Source: Synechococcus sp. (GTDB taxonomy: Bacteria; Cyanobacteriota; Cyanobacteriia; Thermostichales; PCC-7336). Taken from it: a stretch of DNA of 48,787 nt. Location: NCBI GenBank assembly GCA_051439425.1, contig JBFRWD010000106.1:1-48787 (forward strand), given 5' to 3'. Positions 28,869 through 40,338 of the stretch are shown here, piece by piece. A program made the translations under genes and the position numbers. The notes under the pieces are model-generated. The model was given only the letters and a program-made list of their open reading frames with translations. It was not told where the DNA came from and did no database searches. How positions within the stretch are numbered: the first letter of the stretch is position 1; each line of letters starts with the position of its first letter.

Positions 28869-30086
28869 ATGGCCGACTTCTTTCAACACGGTGCGATCGC
28901 GACCCTGCACAGGTTATCCATCCGCTCCGTCGACGAATTAGAAGCTGACATTCTCAAATTTGCCCGCAAGCGCAAGCTGGGCCTGATTTTGCCCGCCCTG
29001 TATTCGGAACTGGAGTCCGATGCTCTGGCCAACATTGTCCACGAGCTGAAAGATGTTCCTTACCTGTCCGAAATTGTCATTGGTCTGGACTGTGCCGATC
29101 GCGACCAATGGCTGCACGCCAAAGAGTACTTCTCGAAACTTCCCCAGCACCACCGCATTCTGTGGAATGACGGCCCTCGCCTGCAAGCTCTCGATCGCGC
29201 CTTGGCTGAACTGGACTTAGCCCCACAAGAACGTGGTAAGGGACGGAATGTTTGGTACTGCTTGGGCTACATGATGGCTTCTCAACGCAGCGATGCCCTC
29301 GCGCTGCACGACTGCGACATCACCACCTACGATCGCAGCCTATTGGCCCGTCTCCTGTATCCGGTCGCTAATCCCAACTTCGACTACCGATTTTGCAAGG
29401 GATATTACGCTCGCGTGAGTGACGGTCGTATGAAAGGACGGGTGACGCGATTGCTGATTACTCCCCTGTTGCGGGCCATGAAAATGACTTTGGGGACAAG
29501 CGAATATTTGGAATACCTCGATAGCTTTCGCTATCCTCTCTCCGGTGAATTTGCTCTGTCGGCCCACACTATCCCGGGCTTGCGCATCCCCAGCGATTGG
29601 GGACTGGAAGTGGGCGTGCTGTCGGAAATTCAACGCAATCATGCCCCCCACCGCATTTGTCAAGCAGAAATTCTGGATATCTACGACCACAAGCACAAAG
29701 CCCTCTCCGAGCAAGATCGCACCGCCGGTCTGGCCCGCATGAGCATCGACATCACCAAAGCCCTCTATCGAAAGCTGGCCATTCAGGGACACATCCTCAC
29801 CCGCGAAACCTTCCGCACCATCAAGGCCACCTATTACCGCGTGGCTCTCGACATGATTGCCGTGTTCCAAAACGACGCGATCGTTAATGCTCTGGAGTTC
29901 GATCGCCACGCCGAAGAACTTGCTGTCGAGTTATTCGCAGAAAATATTGTGGTAGCCGGAGAAGCCTTTTTAGCCAATCCAATGGAAACTCCATTTATCC
30001 CCTGTTGGGAGCGCATCCAAAGCGCATTCCCCAATTTCCTAGATAGCTTCATCGAAGCTGTGGAATTGGATAATGCAGATGACTAA
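28869..30086 (+). CDS. gpgS: Glucosyl-3-phosphoglycerate synthase
   Basis: MADFFQHGAIATLH, GKGRNVW, LHDCD, GRVTRL, YPLSGEF, DWGLEVG, YDHKH. Confidence 0.88.
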   Translation: MADFFQHGAIATLHRLSIRSVDELEADILKFARKRKLGLILPALYSELESDALANIVHELKDVPYLSEIVIGLDCADRDQWLHAKEYFSKLPQHHRILWNDGPRLQALDRALAELDLAPQERGKGRNVWYCLGYMMASQRSDALALHDCDITTYDRSLLARLLYPVANPNFDYRFCKGYYARVSDGRMKGRVTRLLITPLLRAMKMTLGTSEYLEYLDSFRYPLSGEFALSAHTIPGLRIPSDWGLEVGVLSEIQRNHAPHRICQAEILDIYDHKHKALSEQDRTAGLARMSIDITKALYRKLAIQGHILTRETFRTIKATYYRVALDMIAVFQNDAIVNALEFDRHAEELAVELFAENIVVAGEAFLANPMETPFIPCWERIQSAFPNFLDSFIEAVELDNADD

Positions 30087-30144
30087 TGCGTTGCCGTGGA
30101 ACTAACCCCACCGAACAAAAACTTGTCAGATTTATCGGCCAGGA

Positions 30145-31911
30145 CTAGTGGGTAACCCCGCACAGATTACTCAGCCAGATGGACTGGTACGCCTTGAGGG
30201 TTAGCTCCGCTTGTCCCTCTTCAATTCTCGACCCCCCAATCAGGTCAAACCAGGGGTCGGTGACGATCAAATTCAGCTCCCGCAGTTGTACTTTTTGGGT
30301 GCGTGCAGTCAGGTTGTGGATGGAAAAGATACTCTGTTCGCGGTGCTTGCTCTGCCGCCAGAAGGCAAACAGCGATCGCTTCAAATGCAATGTGTATTGG
30401 GTGGCATTGGGGTGAAAGGCCGGTTGTTGGCGACGGATTTGGATCAAGCGGGATAGTTCTTTAAAGACAATCGATTGGGGGGATTTGGGATCGGCCAAGC
30501 GGGCGTTAAGGCGATCGACATCCCACTGATGGCGGTTGATAGATCGATTACGACCGGTACGCTCTAGCCCCTCGCGATCGTTCGGGGTAGCCAAAAAGCT
30601 ATGGATGTAAAACGCCGGAATGCCCTCCAGCGACATCATGATGGTTTGCGAACACAAGAAACGCTGGATTTGCCACTTGTCTTCCCCCTTGGCTGTACCC
30701 TTCATCGCGTCGAATAGGGAGATATTAATCTCGTAAGGACTTTCGGAGCCATCGGCCTGTGCCCGCATACTGATTTCGCCACCAAAGTCCTTCATGCATC
30801 GAAGGAACGTACGGTACTCGTCCGCATCCAATAACCCTTCCGTCGGACGCATCCCGATGCCGTCGTGAGATGCCGTGAAATTGAGATAGGCACACCCCAA
30901 AGGTGCCGGGGGCATGCTCATCATCCAAGTTTTGAGGTGATCGGATCGCCCTTGCAGCAGGGCATTCACCAATAGCGGTGGCAGGCTGAAGTTGTAAATC
31001 ACATGAGCTTCGTTGCAGTTACCGAAATAGGTGAGATTTTCGCGATTGGGGACGTTGGTCTCCGTAATTAAGATGGCTTCGGGATTGACGACATACAGGA
31101 CTTCCCGGATTAATCTGACGAGCGCGTGAGTTTTAGGATGATGAATGCAGGGGGTACCGATATCCTTCCACAAATAACCGATCGCATCCAGCCGGAAAAA
31201 CCGCGTCCCTTTCTCCATGTACAGCAGGACAATCTTCAAATACTCCAACAACACATCTGGATTGGCAAAATTAACATCAATTTGGTCGTGGCCAAACGTG
31301 GCCCACACATGTTGTTTCCCCTGTGGTGTTTCTACCGGGCATAACAATGGGCTGTTGCGGGGACGAGTGACGGATGACAAATCTGTTGTGGGATCGGTGG
31401 GGATGAAGTAGTCGCATCCCGGCGATTCTCCCCGTTTGAATTGTTCGAACCACGAACTTTGGCTGGAAATATGATTGACCACCAGATCGGACATGAGGTC
31501 AAACTGCTGGGAGATCTGCTGAACGTCGTCCCAATCTCCGAGCTTGGGATTAACTTGCGTATAGTCAATCACCGCAAAACCGTCATCCGAGCTGTACGGA
31601 AAAAAGGGCAAGATATGAACGGCAGACACCGTTCCTGTCAGGTGCTCGGTCAGAAATGAATTCAAAACCTGCAAGGGGGTATGCGTCCCGTTGGTCAAGC
31701 TGTCGCCATAGGTAATCAGCAAGACATCCGACTGATTCCACTTTGGCTTGGGCTGGCGAGTGTCTTGGTAGGCATGACCCTCAAGCAACGTCCAGATACG
31801 CTTGCACAAATCGTCGATATCGACCCCCAAATCGGCATAAACCGAGTTCACCAGAGGTTCGATCCATCGATTGAAGTGTTGGAGTGCGTCGAACGGTAGG
31901 GTCTCTGTCAT
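30145..31911 (-). CDS. GH13_18 sugar phosphorylase, probably glucosylglycerate phosphorylase
   Basis: LITYGDS, VHILPFFP.SSDDGF, RLDAIGYLWK, ITETN, ASHDGIG, YEIN, RSINR; next to gpgS/gpgP. Confidence 0.85.
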   Translation of the reverse strand: MTETLPFDALQHFNRWIEPLVNSVYADLGVDIDDLCKRIWTLLEGHAYQDTRQPKPKWNQSDVLLITYGDSLTNGTHTPLQVLNSFLTEHLTGTVSAVHILPFFPYSSDDGFAVIDYTQVNPKLGDWDDVQQISQQFDLMSDLVVNHISSQSSWFEQFKRGESPGCDYFIPTDPTTDLSSVTRPRNSPLLCPVETPQGKQHVWATFGHDQIDVNFANPDVLLEYLKIVLLYMEKGTRFFRLDAIGYLWKDIGTPCIHHPKTHALVRLIREVLYVVNPEAILITETNVPNRENLTYFGNCNEAHVIYNFSLPPLLVNALLQGRSDHLKTWMMSMPPAPLGCAYLNFTASHDGIGMRPTEGLLDADEYRTFLRCMKDFGGEISMRAQADGSESPYEINISLFDAMKGTAKGEDKWQIQRFLCSQTIMMSLEGIPAFYIHSFLATPNDREGLERTGRNRSINRHQWDVDRLNARLADPKSPQSIVFKELSRLIQIRRQQPAFHPNATQYTLHLKRSLFAFWRQSKHREQSIFSIHNLTARTQKVQLRELNLIVTDPWFDLIGGSRIEEGQAELTLKAYQSIWLSNLCGVTH

Positions 31912-32347
31912 GGATTCGCGATCACCCATTGCAAGGGATTAGAGGAAGAGTCACGGCTGTAGCCGAATGATTGATACGACATTAGCCGATTGTTTTCAGC
32001 AGCATACGTGAATGAAATCAACGGATGGGCAAAACGTCTATTAAGGTGAGGCGATCGCGAGCTGAGACCCAAGGTATAACCGAAATAGCAGCATGTTTGC
32101 CGCATTAAGCTTGACCGAAACAATTCCCGCTCATGAGCAATCTGGATTGAGAGATTGCAATCCATACATGATGTGTAGGCCAGTCTATTATTGTTCCCTT
32201 TAAAAGGGATCGAAGACAATTTTGGACGGGCACTCTAGCAATACGGGATGGTCATTTCAAGGATTCCGTACCGTCCTTTATCCGGCTATTCGGATATCGA
32301 CATTCTCTCGTTTCATTCCACAAGTCACGCACAACTCCTAGAACATC

Positions 32348-32623
32348 ATGAACCCGCAGATCAATCGCCAAATCAATATTCTGCTCAGAGCCTGCGGAAT
32401 CGAGCAGCCAACAGCCTTCGCCTTCGACAAGGAACACCTTGAAATCTATCGAGAAGGGCCTTACAAAGTATCCAAGCTGACCGCAGAGTGGGGTAGCGCC
32501 CTGTTTTGCATTAGCCACAACGGCCAGGTGGTTTACTTCAGTGGCGATCGCCACCAAGATAAAACAATTTCAGGTGAATGGCAGGCTTGGCTATCCGCAA
32601 AAATCACCGATATTCAACAATAA
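32348..32623 (+). CDS. Hypothetical protein
   Basis: 91-aa ATG ORF of globular-looking composition, in a gap between divergent genes. Confidence 0.55.
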   Translation: MNPQINRQINILLRACGIEQPTAFAFDKEHLEIYREGPYKVSKLTAEWGSALFCISHNGQVVYFSGDRHQDKTISGEWQAWLSAKITDIQQ

Positions 32624-32741
32624 GCATTACCATCAGCCCCAATCCCCACTAGAGCCACCATGGCAATTAGTCCAATACAGTAACTTCGCAACCAGCACTG
32701 ACAAACCACCAATCTAGAAGTGGCCAAGGACCAGCGCTAAC

Positions 32742-32766
32742 GACCAGTGACCAATGACCAGTGACC
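32742..32766 (+). repeat. Heptamer tandem repeat (STRR2-like, TGACCA(A/G))
   Basis: GACCAGT GACCAAT GACCAGT GACC. Confidence 0.6.
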
Positions 32767-33233
32767 CAAACTTAAACCTCTCCCCCCTTGCCTAAACCTC
32801 TCCCTTAACCAAGCCCATCCCAATACAACCACCGCCCCAATTCCGCTTGACTGAGTTCAATAGCCAGTCGAGAACAATTGGCTGTGATGTAAATCGCGGT
32901 GAATAATCCTGAGGGAATTACCGAGCAAATGGTGAGGCAATGAAGGGAGTTGCTGGCTTCTTGCTCGTCTCCGGGGTATGGCACCGTACTGAGACCAGGC
33001 GAACAAACTCGTTTTTGCAAACAATGAAACCCGATTGAGGAGGAATGCGTGGAAACCGAATACCTTTCAAGAGCTTCTCTAAACCGCATTGCCTACATCC
33101 AAGTAGCGCAGTGAACCTTATACTGAAAATGGCTAGTAGCGAACTTTCGAAAATGGGTAGACTTAGTATGAACAAATGTGTACGAAGGTAGCTTGCAGCT
33201 ATCATTCACTTCGCCAAAGGCGCAAGGGGAAGG

Positions 33234-33896
33234 ATGAGTACTACGATTGCACCACACTCTAGCGTCGCGAAACTTCGAGCGGTTTGGGAAGAAATCGGGC
33301 CTGAAAGTTGTCCTCGGCACTATAACTTCCACATGCACACAACGTGCTCTGACGGTCAGCTCAGCCCCCAACAATTAATTCATCAGGCACGAGACATTGG
33401 TTTAAAAGGGTTCGCAATTACCGACCATCACACCCTGGCCGGCTATCATCAAGCGAAAGAATTACTGACATCCCCTGGCGATCCGACACTGTGGCCTGGA
33501 ATTGAAATTAACGTCTGGTTACTCGACTGCGAAATTCATCTGCTTGGATATGGGTTCGACCCCGACCATCGTTGTCTCACTCCCTATTTGCGTCGCCAAG
33601 TGGTCCAAGGACGCGATTATTTTGCCCAGGAAGCAGTTGAGGCCATTCATGCTGCTGGCGGTTTAACCGTATTAGCTCATCCTTTTCGCTATCGCAGTTC
33701 TGCGGAACGCTTGATAGGGGCAGCGTCAGAAGTTGGCATCGATGGGATTGAAGTGTACTACAGCTATTCAAACCCACGGCCTTGGGTTACCAGTCCGCGA
33801 CAAACTAAAGTAGCCCTTGAGCTTGCTCGCAAGTATTCCTTGCATACCACTTGTGGTACCGATACTCACGGGGCAAACCTATTGCAGCGTATCTAG
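33234..33896 (+). CDS. PHP-domain phosphoesterase
   Basis: HMHTTCSDG, AITDHHT, GIEI, HLLGY, AHP.RY, DGIEVYY, GTDTHG. Confidence 0.92.
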   Translation: MSTTIAPHSSVAKLRAVWEEIGPESCPRHYNFHMHTTCSDGQLSPQQLIHQARDIGLKGFAITDHHTLAGYHQAKELLTSPGDPTLWPGIEINVWLLDCEIHLLGYGFDPDHRCLTPYLRRQVVQGRDYFAQEAVEAIHAAGGLTVLAHPFRYRSSAERLIGAASEVGIDGIEVYYSYSNPRPWVTSPRQTKVALELARKYSLHTTCGTDTHGANLLQRI

Positions 33897-34372
33897 GTAG
33901 CTGGTAACCAGCTATGCTCTTCAGTCATGCCGTTACAGGTCTTAAGATGTACGAGTTTTGGGATTGACCAACCGATCTGGAGCGTCCTCGAACCACTTTA
34001 AACTCCTTCTGCGGTGCTCGCCCCGTTTTATAGGTGGGGAGAGTGGCTCTCTGTTGAACCAAACCTTTGCGTAATCAGTACACGGCATAAGCCCCACCGA
34101 TACCGAGATATGACAATACGTCTAGGTGCCCCCGAAGGAGGGGGGAAGCAGGGGGAGCGTAAAAACGCGATCGAATTTTAGAGTTAAATAATCTTTTCTC
34201 GAGTACATTTTCCCTCAGAGGCGGCTAAATGCCTCCACAACGACGATGTGCTATCATTAACGCAAAATGGGGTCGGAACAAAATGCGCTCTTAAAATGGC
34301 AAAATGCCCCGGCTTTCATCACCTGAGTGAGACGCGATTGGGGATCGCTCTTACTTGTCCTTCTGGAGTTAA

Positions 34373-36298
<1,926 letters not shown>

Positions 36299-36361
36299 AG
36301 AAGTAAGAGAGTTGCGGACTCAACACGTTCGCACCACTCATCTATGAATAGAGCCCTCCTG

Positions 36362-36394
36362 AGAGCCGCCTTTCTAAGGTGGTTCTTGGTTTTT
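36362..36394 (+). terminator. Intrinsic terminator after gyrB
   Basis: 11-bp stem AGAGCCGCCTT/AAGGTGGTTCT (two G-U pairs), followed by TGGTTTTT. Confidence 0.6.
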
Positions 36395-36595
36395 CCGCAT
36401 CAGTTCGATGGGGCCAATTGAGCAACCTGAGTTCTATAGAAAGCCACTCTCAGGTCTGGAATGTTGAGGCAGCTAGAATCCCTGATTGCCGAGGAAAGGT
36501 ACTTAGGAAACAATCCATAGCGGATTGCCGAACGCTATAAAAAATCAGGAGCTTCGGCAGGTTCTTGTCACTCATTACTTTGTTGCAACACAGAC

Positions 36596-38008
36596 TTATT
36601 TGGCGGTTAGTTGTGACGAAGTATGCGACGTTGATGTCGGAATAGCAAGTGAATGGCCATCAATCAATTGTGCTCGGCGTCCACCCAATCCCATCGCCTG
36701 CAACATCAACCAACGTTTGATGGGAGGCACAAATCTCAGCCCAATCAGCCCCAAGCGGCGCAACCATTGTAGGGGCAAGATACGGTTGGAAAACAGTCGA
36801 TTTGCCAGATCGGTCGCAAACAGTACGGCCCAATTATTGCCCTTTCTCCAGCGTTCGTAGCGGTGGAGCACATCCAGAGATCCAATATCTTCGCCCTTGG
36901 CCTGAGCTTCCACCAACACCTGTGCCAACACCGCCACATCTCGCATCCCCAAATTCACCCCTTGCCCACCGACGGGGTGAGTGGAGTGAGCCGCATCGCC
37001 GACTAGAGCAAATCGAGATTGCACGTAACGAGAGGTGAGCGATCGCTGCGGAGAATAACACGCTCTAGGCGTGGCCGATAACACTTGGCCCAACTGCGAG
37101 CCAAACCACGGAGATAGTTCTGCAATAAAGTCGCAATCGGGCAGGGACATCAACCGGTCGCGATCGCTCTCCGGCACCGTCCAAACCACGCAACTGCGAT
37201 AGGACTCTGACCTCCCTCCTGCATCATGCATGGGCAAGATGGCAAAAGGTCCAATGGGTTGAAAGCGCTCGTAGGCCGTTTGCTGGTGGGGTCGTTCGGT
37301 TTCCACCGTGGTGACGATACAAGCTTGGTCATATCCCCAGCGATTGACGGGAATATTCGCCTGATGCCGCAGGGGAGATCTAGCGCCATCTGCCGCAATG
37401 AGAACCTTGGCTCGCAGCCATTCTGGAGTTGCTAGACCGGTTGCCACTGGAGAGGACGTGGTTGAGGAGGAACGGTCAGGTGTAGGAGCCAAAGCGACAT
37501 TGACACCATCGCGATCGCTGACGACATCCATAACTTGAGTGGAGAACCTGAGGGAAATGTTGTCGCAGGTTTGTAGGAAGGCGATAGCGGCTGATTGGGT
37601 GACGCAATTGGGGACGATATAGCCCAACGCTTCCGCACCAATATCTTGACGGCACAAATGGGCAGTATGGGGAAAATCACTGTCCGATACGCGAATTTGG
37701 TGGATGGGGGACACTCCCATCGCCTGCATGGACGGCCACAAGCCGAGCCCTCGAAACATCTGTACGGTGCCCAACGCTAGAGCACTAGCCCTGCCATCAG
37801 CCCCCTGCTCGACAACCCCAGATGTCTGTAGTTGTAACGGGCGACGTTCGATTACAGCTACTTGTAAACTTGTATTTCCCAAGGCGGCGGCAAGGGTAAG
37901 CCCCACCATGCCACCGCCCACAATTAAGACATCTAGATCGCCACTGCTATCCGAGTCGGAGGGGGAAGGAGAAGCGCTGGCGTAAGAAACAGAAGATGGT
38001 GCGTGCAA
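36596..38008 (-). CDS. UbiH/UbiF/Coq6-family FAD-dependent hydroxylase
   Basis: IVGGGMVG, AADGARS.LR, GPFAILP, VGDAAHSTHPVGGQG.NLG.RD; start uncertain. Confidence 0.9.
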   Translation of the reverse strand: MHAPSSVSYASASPSPSDSDSSGDLDVLIVGGGMVGLTLAAALGNTSLQVAVIERRPLQLQTSGVVEQGADGRASALALGTVQMFRGLGLWPSMQAMGVSPIHQIRVSDSDFPHTAHLCRQDIGAEALGYIVPNCVTQSAAIAFLQTCDNISLRFSTQVMDVVSDRDGVNVALAPTPDRSSSTTSSPVATGLATPEWLRAKVLIAADGARSPLRHQANIPVNRWGYDQACIVTTVETERPHQQTAYERFQPIGPFAILPMHDAGGRSESYRSCVVWTVPESDRDRLMSLPDCDFIAELSPWFGSQLGQVLSATPRACYSPQRSLTSRYVQSRFALVGDAAHSTHPVGGQGVNLGMRDVAVLAQVLVEAQAKGEDIGSLDVLHRYERWRKGNNWAVLFATDLANRLFSNRILPLQWLRRLGLIGLRFVPPIKRWLMLQAMGLGGRRAQLIDGHSLAIPTSTSHTSSQLTAK

Positions 38009-38162
38009 GGTCGTGCCTACAAGACAAAACAGACGAGAAATAAAAACTGGATTGCTAAAAACTGTTAAGTTCTTTGCCCTCAGTTTAGCAAGCTAATCTC
38101 GTCTACCCGACCTGAGTTCGACGGCTCTCATCCCCAATTACGTTTCTATGAGTCAGCAGTAG

Positions 38163-39245
38163 TCAGTTTGTGCGGAGGGACTCCAACATGGCCTGCACTC
38201 TCATTGCCGCGTCCTCGCCCGAAATAAACGCCCCTTCTACTTTGGGGCCCGCACACCAATCCCCGGCACAAACCAAAGGTAGTGCCCGTGCGCCAGCCGG
38301 AACCGCCATCCCTAAACTGGCCATTCCCACCGTCTCTGCCGATAAAGAGTATGTCCAGCGGTGCACTTGCATCCATTCCGGAGTTGCTAACCAATCTCCC
38401 AATCGTTCGGCAGTTCGCTCCAACAGTAATGCTCCCGCCCCCTGCAATTCATCGAGATCGCTCTCCAAGTATGACTCGGCAAACTGTGGCATTGAATGCA
38501 CCACCACCACCGGTGCTTTCTTGCTAGAAGCTATTGGGCGCTTGCTGCTATCCAAACTGATCCACGCCACCCGATCATCTCCCTGCCAATTCACCCCCTT
38601 CCAAGACGGAGTAGGGGCATCCGAACTGTAGCCAGCCATAACGGCAATACAGGGAATGTATCGGGCCGAGCTGAGAGGGGCATGGAGGGGGTAATCTTCC
38701 GTCAGCCAATCTCCCAATAAAGCCAAAATTTGAGGAGCCGGTAGGGCGATCGCTAAACTGCGGGCCCAAAAGCTACGACCATCATCAGTGGTTACCTGCC
38801 ACCCATTTGTCGTTGCTTGGGCGGCAGTGGCCCTGGCCTGCAGGACAACATTCAGAGAGGTACACATCTGTTTAACGACAGTAGTCATTCCTGCTGGGCA
38901 GCAATATCGAGGGCTGCGGTCGTCGTATTCTCCTTCGTGCAAGCCTGTATCATCCAGGACGTGAATCAGACGAGTCCACTCCGCCATCGTGCCCTGCTTC
39001 AGCTGTCGATCTACGAATGTTCGAAAGCGGTCGTCCTTTGCCGTGACGTACTGAGTTCCGTGATCGACGATCGCCTCCCCCGCATCTAGCGACACTCGCC
39101 GCGTGGACATGCGTCCGCCAACCCCGCGAGATTTCTCCAGAATGACAACATCCCATCCAGCTTTGGCTAGATTTTGCGCACACCGTGCGCCCGCCATTCC
39201 CGCTCCTATCACAACGGTGTCGTACACGTGGGAAGGTGAAGACAT
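38163..39245 (-). CDS. Renalase-like FAD/NAD(P)-dependent oxidoreductase
   Basis: IGAGMAG, EKSRGVGGRMSTRR, DHGTQY, HRW.YS, GDWC.G.KVEGA..SG. Confidence 0.88.
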   Translation of the reverse strand: MSSPSHVYDTVVIGAGMAGARCAQNLAKAGWDVVILEKSRGVGGRMSTRRVSLDAGEAIVDHGTQYVTAKDDRFRTFVDRQLKQGTMAEWTRLIHVLDDTGLHEGEYDDRSPRYCCPAGMTTVVKQMCTSLNVVLQARATAAQATTNGWQVTTDDGRSFWARSLAIALPAPQILALLGDWLTEDYPLHAPLSSARYIPCIAVMAGYSSDAPTPSWKGVNWQGDDRVAWISLDSSKRPIASSKKAPVVVVHSMPQFAESYLESDLDELQGAGALLLERTAERLGDWLATPEWMQVHRWTYSLSAETVGMASLGMAVPAGARALPLVCAGDWCAGPKVEGAFISGEDAAMRVQAMLESLRTN

Positions 39246-39510
39246 AGAAGCGCCACAGGCAACATACTTACAGTCAAACTCTACACAGTCTGAATGCGAA
39301 TGCTACCAAACCGAATGCCTGAAACTGTCCTGACTAAAGTGCCGATTTAGCTCTAGGCATTATTTCTAGGCGAGATTGCATGGCAATCTACTGCAAGGTC
39401 TTGAGTGTAGAGGCCGCTCAAAACCTTGGTGTATTTGGAACATTGACTGACGGACTATCTACATCCACTCTTCAACCCACAAAAGAACGATCCGCCGCAT
39501 AAGATGATTT

Positions 39511-40086
39511 CACCTGTAAATTATTCGGGGATGCTTACGCAGCAAGGCTTTCATCGAACCAAAGTTGCTTCCATCTGGCATTGAGTTCTTCGATTTTTAA
39601 GATCGCCAAAGCATGACTGCCCGCTTGAGACCAGCTCATTCCCTTTTTCTTTTGCCGATGCCCAACCACTAGATCAACGCCCTTCTCCATCCGTCCACTA
39701 CCGATGGTTTTTCCCGCTTTCTGACGACGTCGATAATCGATGATTTCAGTCTGGTGCTTTCGTAAATAGCTCAATAATTCCTCGAGGGCATCCGGATTCC
39801 TAGCTTGGACCTGAGTCCCCAGATACTTCAGAGCTTGATTCCAGCTGGGGCAATGCCTGACGCCGCCATGTTTCGAGGGCCTGCTCGATCTCGTTGAGAC
39901 TTTGACAGTCTTGACCTAGGGAATAGAGGCGCTCATAGGTACCAGACAAGGCTTTTCCTTCGTCATCGCAAAGCACCAATTTGACTTGTACCATCCCGTT
40001 CCACACCATATTCGCTGCGAATGACACCATGGTAGAGCCAGCTCGCATCCTTGGATCACAACCCATCCCCGAATAATTTACAGGTG
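39511..40086 (-). mobile_element. Internally deleted IS (ISLre2/ISKra4/UPF0236-like), 576 bp, with perfect 23-bp terminal inverted repeats
   Basis: CACCTGTAAATTATTCGGGGATG (39511-39533) and its reverse complement (40064-40086); encloses a transposase C-terminus IGSGRMEKGVDLVVGHRQKKKGMSWS. Confidence 0.88.
39535..39993 (-). pseudogene. Transposase remnant: N-terminal piece joined out of frame to the C-terminal ~100 aa
   Basis: Frame A MVQVKLVLCDDEG...PQLES; frame B QALKYLGTQVQARNPDALEELLSYLRKH...ESLAA*; junction near 39830-39840. Confidence 0.8.
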
Positions 40087-40338
40087 GATCGCAACTGCAA
40101 ATGTTTTGTCAGTCAAGCAGGGTCAACCCTGACTGGAACTGGAAACCTTTGTCCAAGCTGAAATGGCAGACGCTATGTAGCGAGCAACAATTGGCGATGA
40201 AGGCTATTCGAATCATTTGTCCCATCAAATGAAAGATTTGAGGTGTCCCCATACTCAAGCTCATGCAGCGGCTTGCCATCGCAACACTTATTCGCTCTGG
40301 TCAAAGTCGTGTCGGTAAAACGTTTTAGGTGGCTTGAA

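Noticed and set aside
28780..28870. NtcA box expected upstream of gpgS
   Set aside because: Closest word GTA-N8-CAT does not match GTA-N8-TAC
29340..29909. 189-aa antisense ORF
   Set aside because: Shadow of gpgS
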